Source: Candidatus Woesearchaeota archaeon
GTDB taxonomy: Archaea; Nanobdellota; Nanobdellia; Woesearchaeales; SM23-78
Reading direction: 5' to 3'
NCBI GenBank assembly: GCA_019322375.1
Contig: JAHWIP010000035.1
Location: forward strand, 1 to 62,542
DNA length: 62,542 nucleotides
Shown here piece by piece: positions 45,601-54,496 of this stretch; the first letter of the stretch is position 1, and every line of letters starts with the position of its first letter. The notes below the pieces were generated by a model. The model was not told where the DNA came from, ran no database searches, and was given only the letters and a program-made list of their open reading frames with translations. The translations under genes and the position numbers were made by a program.

Positions 45601-48600
45601 ATGTAACAGCCAATGATACAAACGAAAAAAACATAACCTTTAGGTTGTATAATACATCAGGTCCAGTCAATATAACAACCTACACAACCCCAGTAAGAGA
45701 AATAAACTTCACGAATTTATATCCTGACATGCAGTACTGGTACAATGTAACCATAAGAGATTTGGCAGGTAATGAGAACACAACTTTGACTTATAAGCTT
45801 ACTCTTGATAATACTTATCCTACTATTAATTATTCTACTGGTATAGAAGCCAATGATTCATATGTTAACAGGAACTGGATATATGTAAATGTTACAGCCA
45901 ATGATACTAATGAAAAAAATATTACTTTCAGATTGTATAATACATCAGGTCCAGTCAATATAACAACCTACACAACCCCAGTAAGAGAAATAAACTTCAC
46001 GAATTTATATCCTGACATGCAGTACTGGTACAATGTTACCATTATTGATGAGGTTGGGTTTTCAAATTCCACTGTTACTTACAAGATAACTTTGGACTCA
46101 ACATACCCCTGGATAAACCTGTCTGCACCTGATAATGACACTTTTATTAATTATGAACTTGTTGAGTTCAACTACACCCCTATTGATACTTCTCTTGATG
46201 CTTGTATATTATATGGAAACTTTACAGGAGCAGGTTTTGGTCCTAATGAAACAGAGAACAATCCTGTTAATGGAAGCATTAACACTTTTGGACCTTTGAA
46301 TCTTAGTGATGGCAGGTACATATGGAATGTCTGGTGTAATGATTCTGCTGCTAACTCTAATTTTAGTCAATATAATTATACTGTTAAGGTTGACACCCAA
46401 AGCCCTGTTATTAGTAATTGGAATACCAATGGCACTACTTTTTCAATCAATGAATATATCTGTCTTAATGTTAGTGTTACTGACAGCTTTGCAGGTGTGC
46501 ACACTGTTTATGCTGAGCTTGAAGACCCAAACACTGATGTTGAAAATGTTTCTTTGCTTGATGATGGCAGTGGATGTGATGCTGTTGGTGGGGATAATGT
46601 TTATTCAAAATCTTATTATCTTGAATTCGGTGGAAACTATACCTGGCTGAACACCCATGCAAATGATTCTGCAGGTAACTGGCAGCACAATGTTACTAAT
46701 CTGAAATGGAATGTTACAGCAGTTGGGAGCATGACTGTAGTCATGGTTTATCCTTCTTCTGATATTGAGATTAATGAGTCAGAATATAATTATGAATACC
46801 AGCAAACCTGTAATGTTAGTTGTGATGCAGGGGGTATTAATTGTGAGAATGTTACTTTGTTTGCTGAGTATAACCCGGATGTGTTTAAATACATAAACAC
46901 AACAACCACTGACTTAATTAATGATGAGGATAACTTTAGTTGTGGAGATCTGACTGCTGGAGGAGCTCCTTGCAGCCATACCTTTAATATAACCTCTGGC
47001 AGTGATTCTGGCAATAACACTTGGCTTATTAGATGCAGTGTGGTTTCTGATAATGTTGGTGCTTTTGTATCTTCAGAAGTAAACCTGACTATTAATGACC
47101 ATCCTTATGCTAATTTTACTTATCCAACAAATAATACTTGGCTTGTTGGTGTTGAGATGCTTAATGCCTCTGCAAGCTTTGATTCTGATGGAAGCATAAC
47201 TAATTATTTGTTTGAGTATGATAATAATACTGCTTTTAGTTCTTCAAGCACAATTTGTAATGGTGCGGATGTTAACTGCACTTGGAATACAAGCCAACAA
47301 GACCAGTGTGAAAACAACTCAATGTCATGCTACTTGCGGGTTACTGTTACTGATGATGATGGACTTACCAACAGCACATATATTGTTATTGGGTTTGACA
47401 CCCTAGGACCAACAGTAATCCTTTGTTTGCCAAGGAACTTTGAGAATATTAGCTCAGACTTATTTACAGTGAATGCCACTCCAACTGATAATGAATCAGG
47501 CGTGGACACAGTAATTTTTGAGTACAGACAGAACAACTCTGATACCTGGCACTTTGCATGTGATGATAATAGAAGCCCTATTTATGATTGCGAATGGAAC
47601 CTCACAAACCTAACTGATGGCAACACATATGAATTCAGGGCTTATGCAAATGATAGCAAAGGAAACATTGGAAACTATGATAATCATACAAATATAACAA
47701 TTGATAGAACAGGCCCTGTTATTTATCTTGAAAATCCTATTGATGGTGCTAATGTCACAAACAATACAGTAATTTTCTATTATAATGCTAGTGATGCAAC
47801 AAGCACTCTTGCTAATTGCTCTCTTGTGATTGATGGTAGCATTGTTAATACAACAGACAATCCTGCAGAGAATATCACTCTTAACTTTACTTATAATCTT
47901 AGTGATGGCTCATATAACTGGAGTGTTAACTGCACAGACCTGCTTGGTAATAAGAATAGTTCAGAGATAAGAGAAATAAATATTGACACTGCTGGTCCTG
48001 TTTCTGTTCTTGACAGACCGCCTAACTCAAGCTTTGTTACTGGTTCAAGCTATACTGTTAATGCCAGTGTTAGTGATTCTGGGCTTGCTGATGTTGACAG
48101 TGCCATATTTGAGTACAGACAGAATAGCACTGCTTCTTGGAACTTGATTTGCATAGATAACAGAAGCCCGATTTATGATTGCGAATGGGACACAACTGTT
48201 TTACCAGATGGAGATGAATATGAAGTAAGGGTGTATGCAAATGATACTTGGGGTAATGTTGGAGGCTTTGATGTGCATGTCAACATAACAATTGATAATA
48301 ATAATCCATCACTTACTTTGGTTTCTCCAGAGGATGATTATATTGATACTGATGGTGACCTGGTGTTTGTTTATCAAGTAACAGACATATCTCCTATTGC
48401 TAACTGCATCTTAATAATAAATGATGAGTTAAACCAGACTAATAATTCTGTTCAAAGAGGTATTAACCAGTACTTCTACTTATATGGCAGAGAGGATGGG
48501 ACTCAACTTAACTGGAGCATTAACTGCACAGACCAGGTTGGCTTGATTAATGCCAGTGAAACCAGGAACATAACTGTTAGTATTAGTGCTGATATGAATC

Positions 48601-50933
48601 TTAATCTAACCATGAACAAGTCAAGTTATTTTGCAGGTGAAACAGCTGTTATAACTAATAATGTTACAGACACAGGTAATAATCCTATTAGCGATGTTGA
48701 TGTTAGCACAGCAGTTGTGTTTGCAAACACCACTGTTCCTTGGTGGAATGGTTCTTGGCAAAGAAGAAAACCCATCACTCTTAGCAGTGCATCTGATTTA
48801 ACCAATGCAATAGTTGAGGTTAATATAACTGGGCTTGATAACAATATATCTGATTGTGAGAATGAGATTAGAATTGTGAGGTTTGATTCTAGCAATGTGT
48901 TAACCTCTGTTAACAGAACAATTGTTAGTGGTGATGATTCAACTTATTGTGTTGCTTGGTTCAGAGCAAATATGTCTGCTGGTGTTAATAACACTGAGTA
49001 CATGGCTTATTATAATAATTCTGGCGCTAGTGATCCAAATAATAATGAGACAAGAAGAACAACCAACACAACAAAAACAGCATTGGGTGGAAGCATATTT
49101 GGTCCTTTATATGATACAACAGATGGAAGTTATTCTGATACCACAAGTGACAACAGTGCTTACTATGCTGTTGGAAGAGACAACAGTCCGCCTACAGGTC
49201 AGCAATTGAATGCTTATATAAATCTTAGTTACAACTTATCTGATTTAGGTGCTTCTGAATCAGACCTTGTATCTCTTAACTTTACTATTAATTATTGTCA
49301 TTCAGATGATATAGCTGCTCCTATTACTTGTGGTGGTGCTATTGGAGCAGGAAGTGCTGGAACAGCTTATGTTGAGCTTTATGACTTTGATGCTTCTGGA
49401 TGGGACCCTGGATTTGACACAATAACCCAGGATATTAATGATGCTGGTGAGAACACTGATACATATATTGAAACAGATACTCTTGATGATTATGTTGATA
49501 ACACAACAAGCATACTCTGGGTGCGTTATGAAACAGATATTGGAGGCTTGGATAAGTGGGATGATGCATCTTTTGCTCTTGACTATGCAATCCTAAATGT
49601 TTATTATAAGCAAGAGGTTTACACAGGGCTTGAAAGTATTGGTGAAACTCAGCTTGTGATTGCCAGCAACTCATCTCAAACAGATTTCCAAGGATTATGG
49701 ATTTGGAACTGGGACACATCTGGACAGCAAGCAGGCAACTATTCTGCTGTTTCTCTTGCAAGCAAAACAGGTTATAATAATAATTATGATTATTACTGGT
49801 TTGAAATAGAAATTGATAACACCGGCCCTGTATCTGTTCTTGACAGGCCCCAGAATGATAGCATTATAAATGCTCTTCTTGACGGCTACATCTACACAGT
49901 TAATGCCAGTGTTACTGATGCAGGTATTGGCAAAATAGATACTGTTACTTTCCTGTATCGCTATAACAGCACAGACACATGGAAAATCATTTGCAATGAT
50001 AGTGATGGAAGCGCTCCTTTTGAGTGTGACTGGAACCTGACAGGGCTTAGCAATGGCAATGATTATGAAGTAAGGGTTTATGCAAATGATACCGCAGGTA
50101 ATGTTGGGGATAATGATACTCATGTAAACATTTCTATAATAACAGAGCCTGTGAATATAATCTTTATAATCGTGGATGATGATGTTACTCTTCCCTTGGA
50201 CCAAATTGATTTAAATGCAGGCAGTACTAAAACTGTTTACTGCAATATAACTGTGAATCATCCTGATGACTATACAAGCATTGAGGGTGTGAATGCTACT
50301 TTTTACTCTACAACAACCACTTATGATGCTGCTGATAATAACAGAACTCATTATACAAATAGCAGCTGCTTGTTTTTGACAGGTGGAGGGCAGAGTGCTG
50401 ATTACCAATGCATCTTCAATGTCTGGCACTATGCAATTAATGGTTCTTGGAACTGCACAGCTTTTACATGGGATAATTATTCTACTGACAATGCTACAGA
50501 TAACACCACCATGAACCAATTGTTTGCTCTTAACATCTCAACAAGTGTTATTGATTACACAGACCTGCAGCCAAACCAGACCTCACCTAATGTGACAGTT
50601 AACATAAGCAATGTTGGTAACATGCCCATGAACATATCTGTGTATGGTTTTGGAGGAGAAGATGAAATATTAGGTGATGGTCTTTCAATGATATGCCAGA
50701 TAAACAACATCAGTGTTGGTTTTGAAAGATTCTCAACCAGCAGTACTGATGATTATGGCTCAAAAACTGCTTTGTCATCAACAGAACAAGACCTTGGCTT
50801 AACCATAGACCCAAAAACAAGTCCTGGTGATATAAGAATTAACTCTACTTACTGGCAGTTCATGGTGCCACCAGAAGAACATGCTTTTGGAGAGTGCAAT
50901 GGAAGCGTTGTGTTTGTGGCAGAGAGTCCTTGA
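42696..50933 (+). CDS. 2745-aa giant secreted adhesin (head shared with the 1773-aa protein, many Ig-like modules, 3x96-aa tandem repeat, DUF2341/LamG-like region, family-B C-terminal domain)
   Basis: SD 'GGAGTGGTG' precedes the ATG. Signal 'VLILSILITIFLALHSMIITG'. 'WWNGSWQRRKPITL...IRIVRFD...YCVAWFRAN...EYMAYYNNSGA' resembles DUF2341. The last ~260 aa align with B1/B2 and end 'CNGSVVFVAESP'. Confidence 0.85.
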   Translation: MHKQVLILSILITIFLALHSMIITGQTSLPPLSTDKNVYEVEETVEVSVNIEPEGYALYELVISAVNNSYTYKGDYNPVMFFYPTEEGIYTIALVEKSTRAIFYSVSFEVIPRERSGILRIEGEFTEEDMLTEPILTEPAIVVQPTEPIEATASISTDKTEYIQGEPVRVFLNLDGLSEENINLYHSFNGISQRYMGDLKYIVFIPEGIGLHELILEDKNDNLVYVYSFEVKPGFDEKIIKVLDSKGFEEDSDVKVYDEEQGFASLEITPRPKILKKINLMKVKVGSNLKMGVEEVAKEKINIKQRNVIKAFALDPSGLNFTNGTATGVAIGSELWKCKDWDFATQQCLGTWQKIMDLVPGKEYEIIITPDDPGYAETGIASINTKKPIYHPNETAEITIVVLDTAGHLVSGADVYLNITDQNNIVSSFSTSNNDIIETQPGIYKTNFSNTALEGNYSMVVRAIGSNVNSTMLSYFTVKSYYEFDIIRDVPVTTDPWLGVFDSSIRIISFTGALSFNFTEVLPANFTIGSHGGARRTEQNGKIYLTWTNLNNNSVVSYSARPPLVTPELYELGPSYINYSSRIFYEARSWYLAVDPTTYYDPDSNVTIGWDEGTGTDGFAEIDNGVRQPDTTGITADYVADYTQNADGISEFGFPAITQTPYNITLWVYTETESSCFYTFYLQQNGTTRCSRAIGTGTTANWYFCNWTNPTGDLSNLTIELSTVSKGSGAHSTCYVYEAYLEVDYNNPPNVTSLIYPPNGANLSSGTNIDFNFTVTDQETPIANCTLWGNFSGTWAANKTVYNVANNTETNITITVPDGSYIWNINCTDTFGDSDVYETNYSFRVDTIYPAINYSTGTEENDTYFNRNWIYVNVSVNETNEKNITFRLYNTSGEVNITTYTTPDYDINFTDLNSNMEYWYNVTVCDQFGWCNSTETRKITLDSVYPTINYSSGTEENDTYFSRTWIFVNVTANDTNEKNITFRLYNTSGPVNITTYTTPVREINFTNLYPDMQYWYNVTIRDLAGNENTTLTYKLTLDNTYPTINYSTGIEANDSYVNRNWIYVNVTANDTNEKNITFRLYNTSGPVNITTYTTPVREINFTNLYPDMQYWYNVTIIDEVGFSNSTVTYKITLDSTYPWINLSAPDNDTFINYELVEFNYTPIDTSLDACILYGNFTGAGFGPNETENNPVNGSINTFGPLNLSDGRYIWNVWCNDSAANSNFSQYNYTVKVDTQSPVISNWNTNGTTFSINEYICLNVSVTDSFAGVHTVYAELEDPNTDVENVSLLDDGSGCDAVGGDNVYSKSYYLEFGGNYTWLNTHANDSAGNWQHNVTNLKWNVTAVGSMTVVMVYPSSDIEINESEYNYEYQQTCNVSCDAGGINCENVTLFAEYNPDVFKYINTTTTDLINDEDNFSCGDLTAGGAPCSHTFNITSGSDSGNNTWLIRCSVVSDNVGAFVSSEVNLTINDHPYANFTYPTNNTWLVGVEMLNASASFDSDGSITNYLFEYDNNTAFSSSSTICNGADVNCTWNTSQQDQCENNSMSCYLRVTVTDDDGLTNSTYIVIGFDTLGPTVILCLPRNFENISSDLFTVNATPTDNESGVDTVIFEYRQNNSDTWHFACDDNRSPIYDCEWNLTNLTDGNTYEFRAYANDSKGNIGNYDNHTNITIDRTGPVIYLENPIDGANVTNNTVIFYYNASDATSTLANCSLVIDGSIVNTTDNPAENITLNFTYNLSDGSYNWSVNCTDLLGNKNSSEIREINIDTAGPVSVLDRPPNSSFVTGSSYTVNASVSDSGLADVDSAIFEYRQNSTASWNLICIDNRSPIYDCEWDTTVLPDGDEYEVRVYANDTWGNVGGFDVHVNITIDNNNPSLTLVSPEDDYIDTDGDLVFVYQVTDISPIANCILIINDELNQTNNSVQRGINQYFYLYGREDGTQLNWSINCTDQVGLINASETRNITVSISADMNLNLTMNKSSYFAGETAVITNNVTDTGNNPISDVDVSTAVVFANTTVPWWNGSWQRRKPITLSSASDLTNAIVEVNITGLDNNISDCENEIRIVRFDSSNVLTSVNRTIVSGDDSTYCVAWFRANMSAGVNNTEYMAYYNNSGASDPNNNETRRTTNTTKTALGGSIFGPLYDTTDGSYSDTTSDNSAYYAVGRDNSPPTGQQLNAYINLSYNLSDLGASESDLVSLNFTINYCHSDDIAAPITCGGAIGAGSAGTAYVELYDFDASGWDPGFDTITQDINDAGENTDTYIETDTLDDYVDNTTSILWVRYETDIGGLDKWDDASFALDYAILNVYYKQEVYTGLESIGETQLVIASNSSQTDFQGLWIWNWDTSGQQAGNYSAVSLASKTGYNNNYDYYWFEIEIDNTGPVSVLDRPQNDSIINALLDGYIYTVNASVTDAGIGKIDTVTFLYRYNSTDTWKIICNDSDGSAPFECDWNLTGLSNGNDYEVRVYANDTAGNVGDNDTHVNISIITEPVNIIFIIVDDDVTLPLDQIDLNAGSTKTVYCNITVNHPDDYTSIEGVNATFYSTTTTYDAADNNRTHYTNSSCLFLTGGGQSADYQCIFNVWHYAINGSWNCTAFTWDNYSTDNATDNTTMNQLFALNISTSVIDYTDLQPNQTSPNVTVNISNVGNMPMNISVYGFGGEDEILGDGLSMICQINNISVGFERFSTSSTDDYGSKTALSSTEQDLGLTIDPKTSPGDIRINSTYWQFMVPPEEHAFGECNGSVVFVAESP
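45240..46103 (+). repeat. Three in-frame tandem repeats of 288 nt (96 aa) inside the 2745-aa gene
   Basis: Units start at 45240, 45528 and 45816 ('YP(A/T)INYS(T/S)G(T/I)E(E/A)ND.Y..R.WI(Y/F)VNV...'). Units 2 and 3 share a 104-nt identical run (45645-45748 = 45933-46036). Confidence 0.9.
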
Positions 50934-50938
50934 TTATT

Positions 50939-51793
50939 TTATTTAAACTTTGCAGCATGCCCTGAACCAAAATATATGGTTACTGTAAGTTTATATTTCT
51001 TTGATAATTGTTTAATTTTATCTTTTGCTTCAGTATAGAACTTGTAGAACTTCCTTTTATTAAAGAAGGTCTCTTTTATTCCAGGTAAAAATTGGGGGTG
51101 GTGTTTTTTAAGCGCTTTTTCTACTCCCACCCAATTATCTCCGGTAGTGTTAAAGCTCTCTGTAAAAATATGACTAACTCCTGTTTTTTTGAATTCTTTA
51201 AACAATGCTTCTACATCTGTGAAAATTGGCCAGTAAGGTCCCATCATTGCCTCTACTTCTATACCTTTATTAACTAATTTTTTCATTGCTTGTAAGCGTT
51301 GCTTTATTGTTGGTGAGTTGGGTTCAACTAATTCCTTCCATTTTTCATCCAGTGTATTAACTGTGAAATTTACATCAATATCTCTAAACTTTTTTAGTAA
51401 GTCAAGATCGCGAAGCACTAAATCAGATTTTGTTAAAATACTAACAGGATTATTATAATTTACTAGAACTCCTAAAATACTCTTTGTAAGTTCATACTTT
51501 TTTTCAATTGGCTGATAAGGGTCTGTAACAGTGCCAATAAAGATTCGTTCACCTTTATACCTTGATGAATGCATTTGTTTTTCAAGAACTTTAGCAATGT
51601 TTATTCTTGCATCAACAAAAGAACCCCATTTTTCAGAATGCCCTGTAAATCTTTTCATGAACCTTGCATAACAATAAGCACATGCATGGCCACAACCAAC
51701 ATAAGGATTAATTGCCCATCCTCCTCCAGGAAAACCACATTTTCCAATTGCAGATTTGCATTGGATCTCTTGTATTCTTGTATTAGCTGTCAT
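50939..51793 (-). CDS. Radical SAM protein (SplB/'DNA repair photolyase' COG1533-like)
   Basis: 'NPYVGCGHACAYCYARF' carries the CxxxCxxC cluster motif in the context typical of this subfamily. The ATG at 51793 overlaps the end of the XPD gene. Confidence 0.8.
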   Translation of the reverse strand: MTANTRIQEIQCKSAIGKCGFPGGGWAINPYVGCGHACAYCYARFMKRFTGHSEKWGSFVDARINIAKVLEKQMHSSRYKGERIFIGTVTDPYQPIEKKYELTKSILGVLVNYNNPVSILTKSDLVLRDLDLLKKFRDIDVNFTVNTLDEKWKELVEPNSPTIKQRLQAMKKLVNKGIEVEAMMGPYWPIFTDVEALFKEFKKTGVSHIFTESFNTTGDNWVGVEKALKKHHPQFLPGIKETFFNKRKFYKFYTEAKDKIKQLSKKYKLTVTIYFGSGHAAKFK

Positions 51794-53666
51794 TAGCAAA
51801 AAACCCCTCTATCATCTTCTCGTAAAGCAGGGTGGCTTTTATATTCCAGCTTGGAGGGAAGCATCTGTTGTAGTTTTTCCAGGTGTAGCGTTCGTCGAGA
51901 AATATGATGACTCCTTTGTCTGTCTCGCTTCTTATGCATCTGCCTGCGCTTTGGAGTGCTCTGTTGAATGCTGGAAACAAGTATCCATAATCCCAGCCCT
52001 TTTTGAATTTTTCATCATAGTACTTGATTAAGGCCTGGGTTTCCAGATCTGGCCGCTGAAGCGGGAGCCCTACAATTATAACTCCTTTTAGAAAATCCCC
52101 TGGCAGGTCTACTCCTTCTCCAAAATTGCCTCCTATCACTCCGAGCAGGACTGCTCCTACATTTTTGTATCCTTTAAAGGCTTCTAGGAATTCTAGTTTT
52201 TCTTTTTTTGAAAACTTCTGCTTTTCTACAAACACTGGTTTTTCTGATAGCTTTGAGAAGTGCTTGTTAACATCATCTCTTAATAAATAACTTGGAAAAA
52301 ACACTGCTGTGTTGCCTGGTATCTTATTGGTTGCTCTTACAACGATTTCTGCTATTTCCCTGTATTGTTCTTCGCTTCTGGTCTCATATTTGGTGCTTGT
52401 TCTTGGAATGATTATATTGAGCTTGTTCTTTTCTGGGAAAGGAGATTTGTAACTCTCTTCATCTGCTGTGTCAAACCCCAGTACTTCTTTGTACATGCTG
52501 GTCGGGCTAAGGGTTCCTGACATTAGTATGGTTGAGTAGGCTGAGCGTATCACATCTCGAGTCATTAGGCTGGGGTCAAGGCATCTGTACTGTATTACTA
52601 TTATTTCCTCTCCTCTCAGGCTCAGGCTTTTTGTTAGTATTCTTGTAAATCCTTTATCATCTCCTTGCCATGCTTCTAGAAAAGCAGCTACTGTTCCTAA
52701 TGAGGATTGTTTTTGCTCTTCCCTTATAATATCTGCTAAAAAGCTCATGTCTGACACTATTTCATCATAATCAGTAATTTCTTTTATCTCTTCTATTAAT
52801 TGATCTCTGCTTACATAGGTTTCATCTGCAACATTGTCTGCCAGCTCCCAGAGTTTTTTCTCAAGCACTGTTAGGGTTTCTTCTATTTGTTCTTTACCTC
52901 TTTTTTTCACTTCCTCCCTTGCCCTTCTAATTGTGTTTGTGCTTATTCTGTGGCTTGCAAGGTCTTTTACTCTTTCAGGCAGATTGTGTCCTTCATCAAT
53001 AATAATGATTATCTTGCTGAGTTCTTTTCCTGTTCTGCTAAGAAAAGTCTCTCTTATATAAGAATTAAATAGATAATAATAGTCTCCTATGATCACTCTT
53101 GATTCCTTTGCTATTAATAATGCTACTTCATATGGGCACACTCCTTGCTCTGTGCTTTTCTCAACCACGCTCCCTGTGTCTGTCTTGTTATCTTTTTTAA
53201 GCTGGCTAACCAGTTCCTTAGCTTGTTTTGAAGCCTCGCCTTTCTCTCTTATTTTTGTATAGAATTCGCATAATTCATCTTCTTTAATTTTTTTACAGTA
53301 CTCTGCAAACTCTCTTGGATACAATTTATTAATGCCTGGCTGCAGACAGAGCCATTTCTTGCCAATTATATCTACAACTGTAAATTTAAGCTTGTATATC
53401 TGTTTTATCTGATTAACAGTTTCCATTGCCAGTTTGTGCTGGGTGTGGCGCGAGGTAAGAAAGAACACTGTTAAATCTTTTTTTAAAGCCTCATGTATGC
53501 TTGGTCCAAGAGCTGCAGCTGTTTTGCCAAGCCCAGTAGGTGCATGTGCTATCAGGTTTTGCTGGCCTGTCACTGTACTATTTATCTTTCTAATCAGTTC
53601 ATCCTGTATAGGCCTGACTTCATCATGAGGAAAATACATATTTCTGAACTCCTCTAGTAAAGCCAT
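51783..53666 (-). CDS. xpd: XPD/Rad3-family Fe-S DNA helicase
   Basis: Walker A 'AHAPTGLGKT'. DEAH box 'IIIDEGHNL'. Four Cys in the Fe-S insertion ('WLC', 'EYC', 'ELC', 'GVCPYE'). C-terminal 'QS(A)GRCIR' motif VI. Confidence 0.9.
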   Translation of the reverse strand: MALLEEFRNMYFPHDEVRPIQDELIRKINSTVTGQQNLIAHAPTGLGKTAAALGPSIHEALKKDLTVFFLTSRHTQHKLAMETVNQIKQIYKLKFTVVDIIGKKWLCLQPGINKLYPREFAEYCKKIKEDELCEFYTKIREKGEASKQAKELVSQLKKDNKTDTGSVVEKSTEQGVCPYEVALLIAKESRVIIGDYYYLFNSYIRETFLSRTGKELSKIIIIIDEGHNLPERVKDLASHRISTNTIRRAREEVKKRGKEQIEETLTVLEKKLWELADNVADETYVSRDQLIEEIKEITDYDEIVSDMSFLADIIREEQKQSSLGTVAAFLEAWQGDDKGFTRILTKSLSLRGEEIIVIQYRCLDPSLMTRDVIRSAYSTILMSGTLSPTSMYKEVLGFDTADEESYKSPFPEKNKLNIIIPRTSTKYETRSEEQYREIAEIVVRATNKIPGNTAVFFPSYLLRDDVNKHFSKLSEKPVFVEKQKFSKKEKLEFLEAFKGYKNVGAVLLGVIGGNFGEGVDLPGDFLKGVIIVGLPLQRPDLETQALIKYYDEKFKKGWDYGYLFPAFNRALQSAGRCIRSETDKGVIIFLDERYTWKNYNRCFPPSWNIKATLLYEKMIEGFFANDS

Positions 53667-53711
53667 GATAGAATGAGGAAACTAAAGGGTTATTTAAAGG
53701 TATTTGTAACC

Positions 53712-54443
53712 TTACCTTTTCTTTATCCTTCTCTTCTCCAACTCCTTTTTATATCTCTGGAACAATGAACTGCTTTTCTTACCTGCTTGCTCCTTGGCCT
53801 TTTTAGTGGCTCTCTGGGTTTTTTCTCTGAACCTGCCCATTGCTGTGTGCGCTTTTTTAACCCTGGCTTCCCAGTCCAAAGAATAATCTCTAAGAACATG
53901 ATGAACTTTCTTGATAGTTGCTCCATAGGTATTGAAGTAAGTGATAACCCTGAGGTCTTTCACTCTCTTATGATCTGGTGCTTCATCTGGATAGCCAAAA
54001 GCCAGGATTGCCTGAGGTCTTGCAGTTTGAGGAATGTCAAGGATTTCCCTTAGTTTTTCCTCATCAAAAGCACCAACCCAGGTTCCTCCTAAGCCAAGAG
54101 CATGAGCTGCTAACAGCATGTTCTCAGCAGCTGCTGCACAGTTCTGAACAGTGTAAAGCCTTTGCCCTCTTAAGCCGTAATGCAGTTCTGTGTGCTCAGG
54201 GTCAGAGCAGACAACAATCAGGAAAGCAGCATTTTGAACGCACTCCTGTTTAAGACTGTACTCGCACATCTTTTCCATCAAATCCTTGTCATCAACAACT
54301 ATGAATTTCCAGTCCTGAACATTGCCGCTGCTAGGAGCCAAAGAACCCGCCTCTACTATAGTCATGATTGTTTCAAAATCAACAGGAACATTAAGAAACC
54401 TTCTGATACTCCTGCGCGTGCTTATGCATTCAATAGCATCCAT
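53712..54443 (-). CDS. Nitroreductase-family flavoprotein with a basic C-terminal extension
   Basis: 'ISTRRSIRRF' and 'SGNVQDWKFIVV'. The ATG at 54443 follows SD 'GGAGGGGG'. The ORF-track extension to 54524 is unlikely to be real. Confidence 0.8.
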   Translation of the reverse strand: MDAIECISTRRSIRRFLNVPVDFETIMTIVEAGSLAPSSGNVQDWKFIVVDDKDLMEKMCEYSLKQECVQNAAFLIVVCSDPEHTELHYGLRGQRLYTVQNCAAAAENMLLAAHALGLGGTWVGAFDEEKLREILDIPQTARPQAILAFGYPDEAPDHKRVKDLRVITYFNTYGATIKKVHHVLRDYSLDWEARVKKAHTAMGRFREKTQRATKKAKEQAGKKSSSLFQRYKKELEKRRIKKR

Positions 54444-54496
54444 GTTACCCCCTCCTTGTCTTGTGAAAATGTTATTATTTTTAATGATTGTTATTT

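Noticed and set aside
42696-50933. Diversity-generating retroelement (template/variable repeat) as the explanation for repeats in the giant genes.
   Set aside because: There is no reverse-transcriptase ORF or non-coding template copy in the window. The repeats are in-frame domain duplications, and their mismatches are not restricted to adenine positions.
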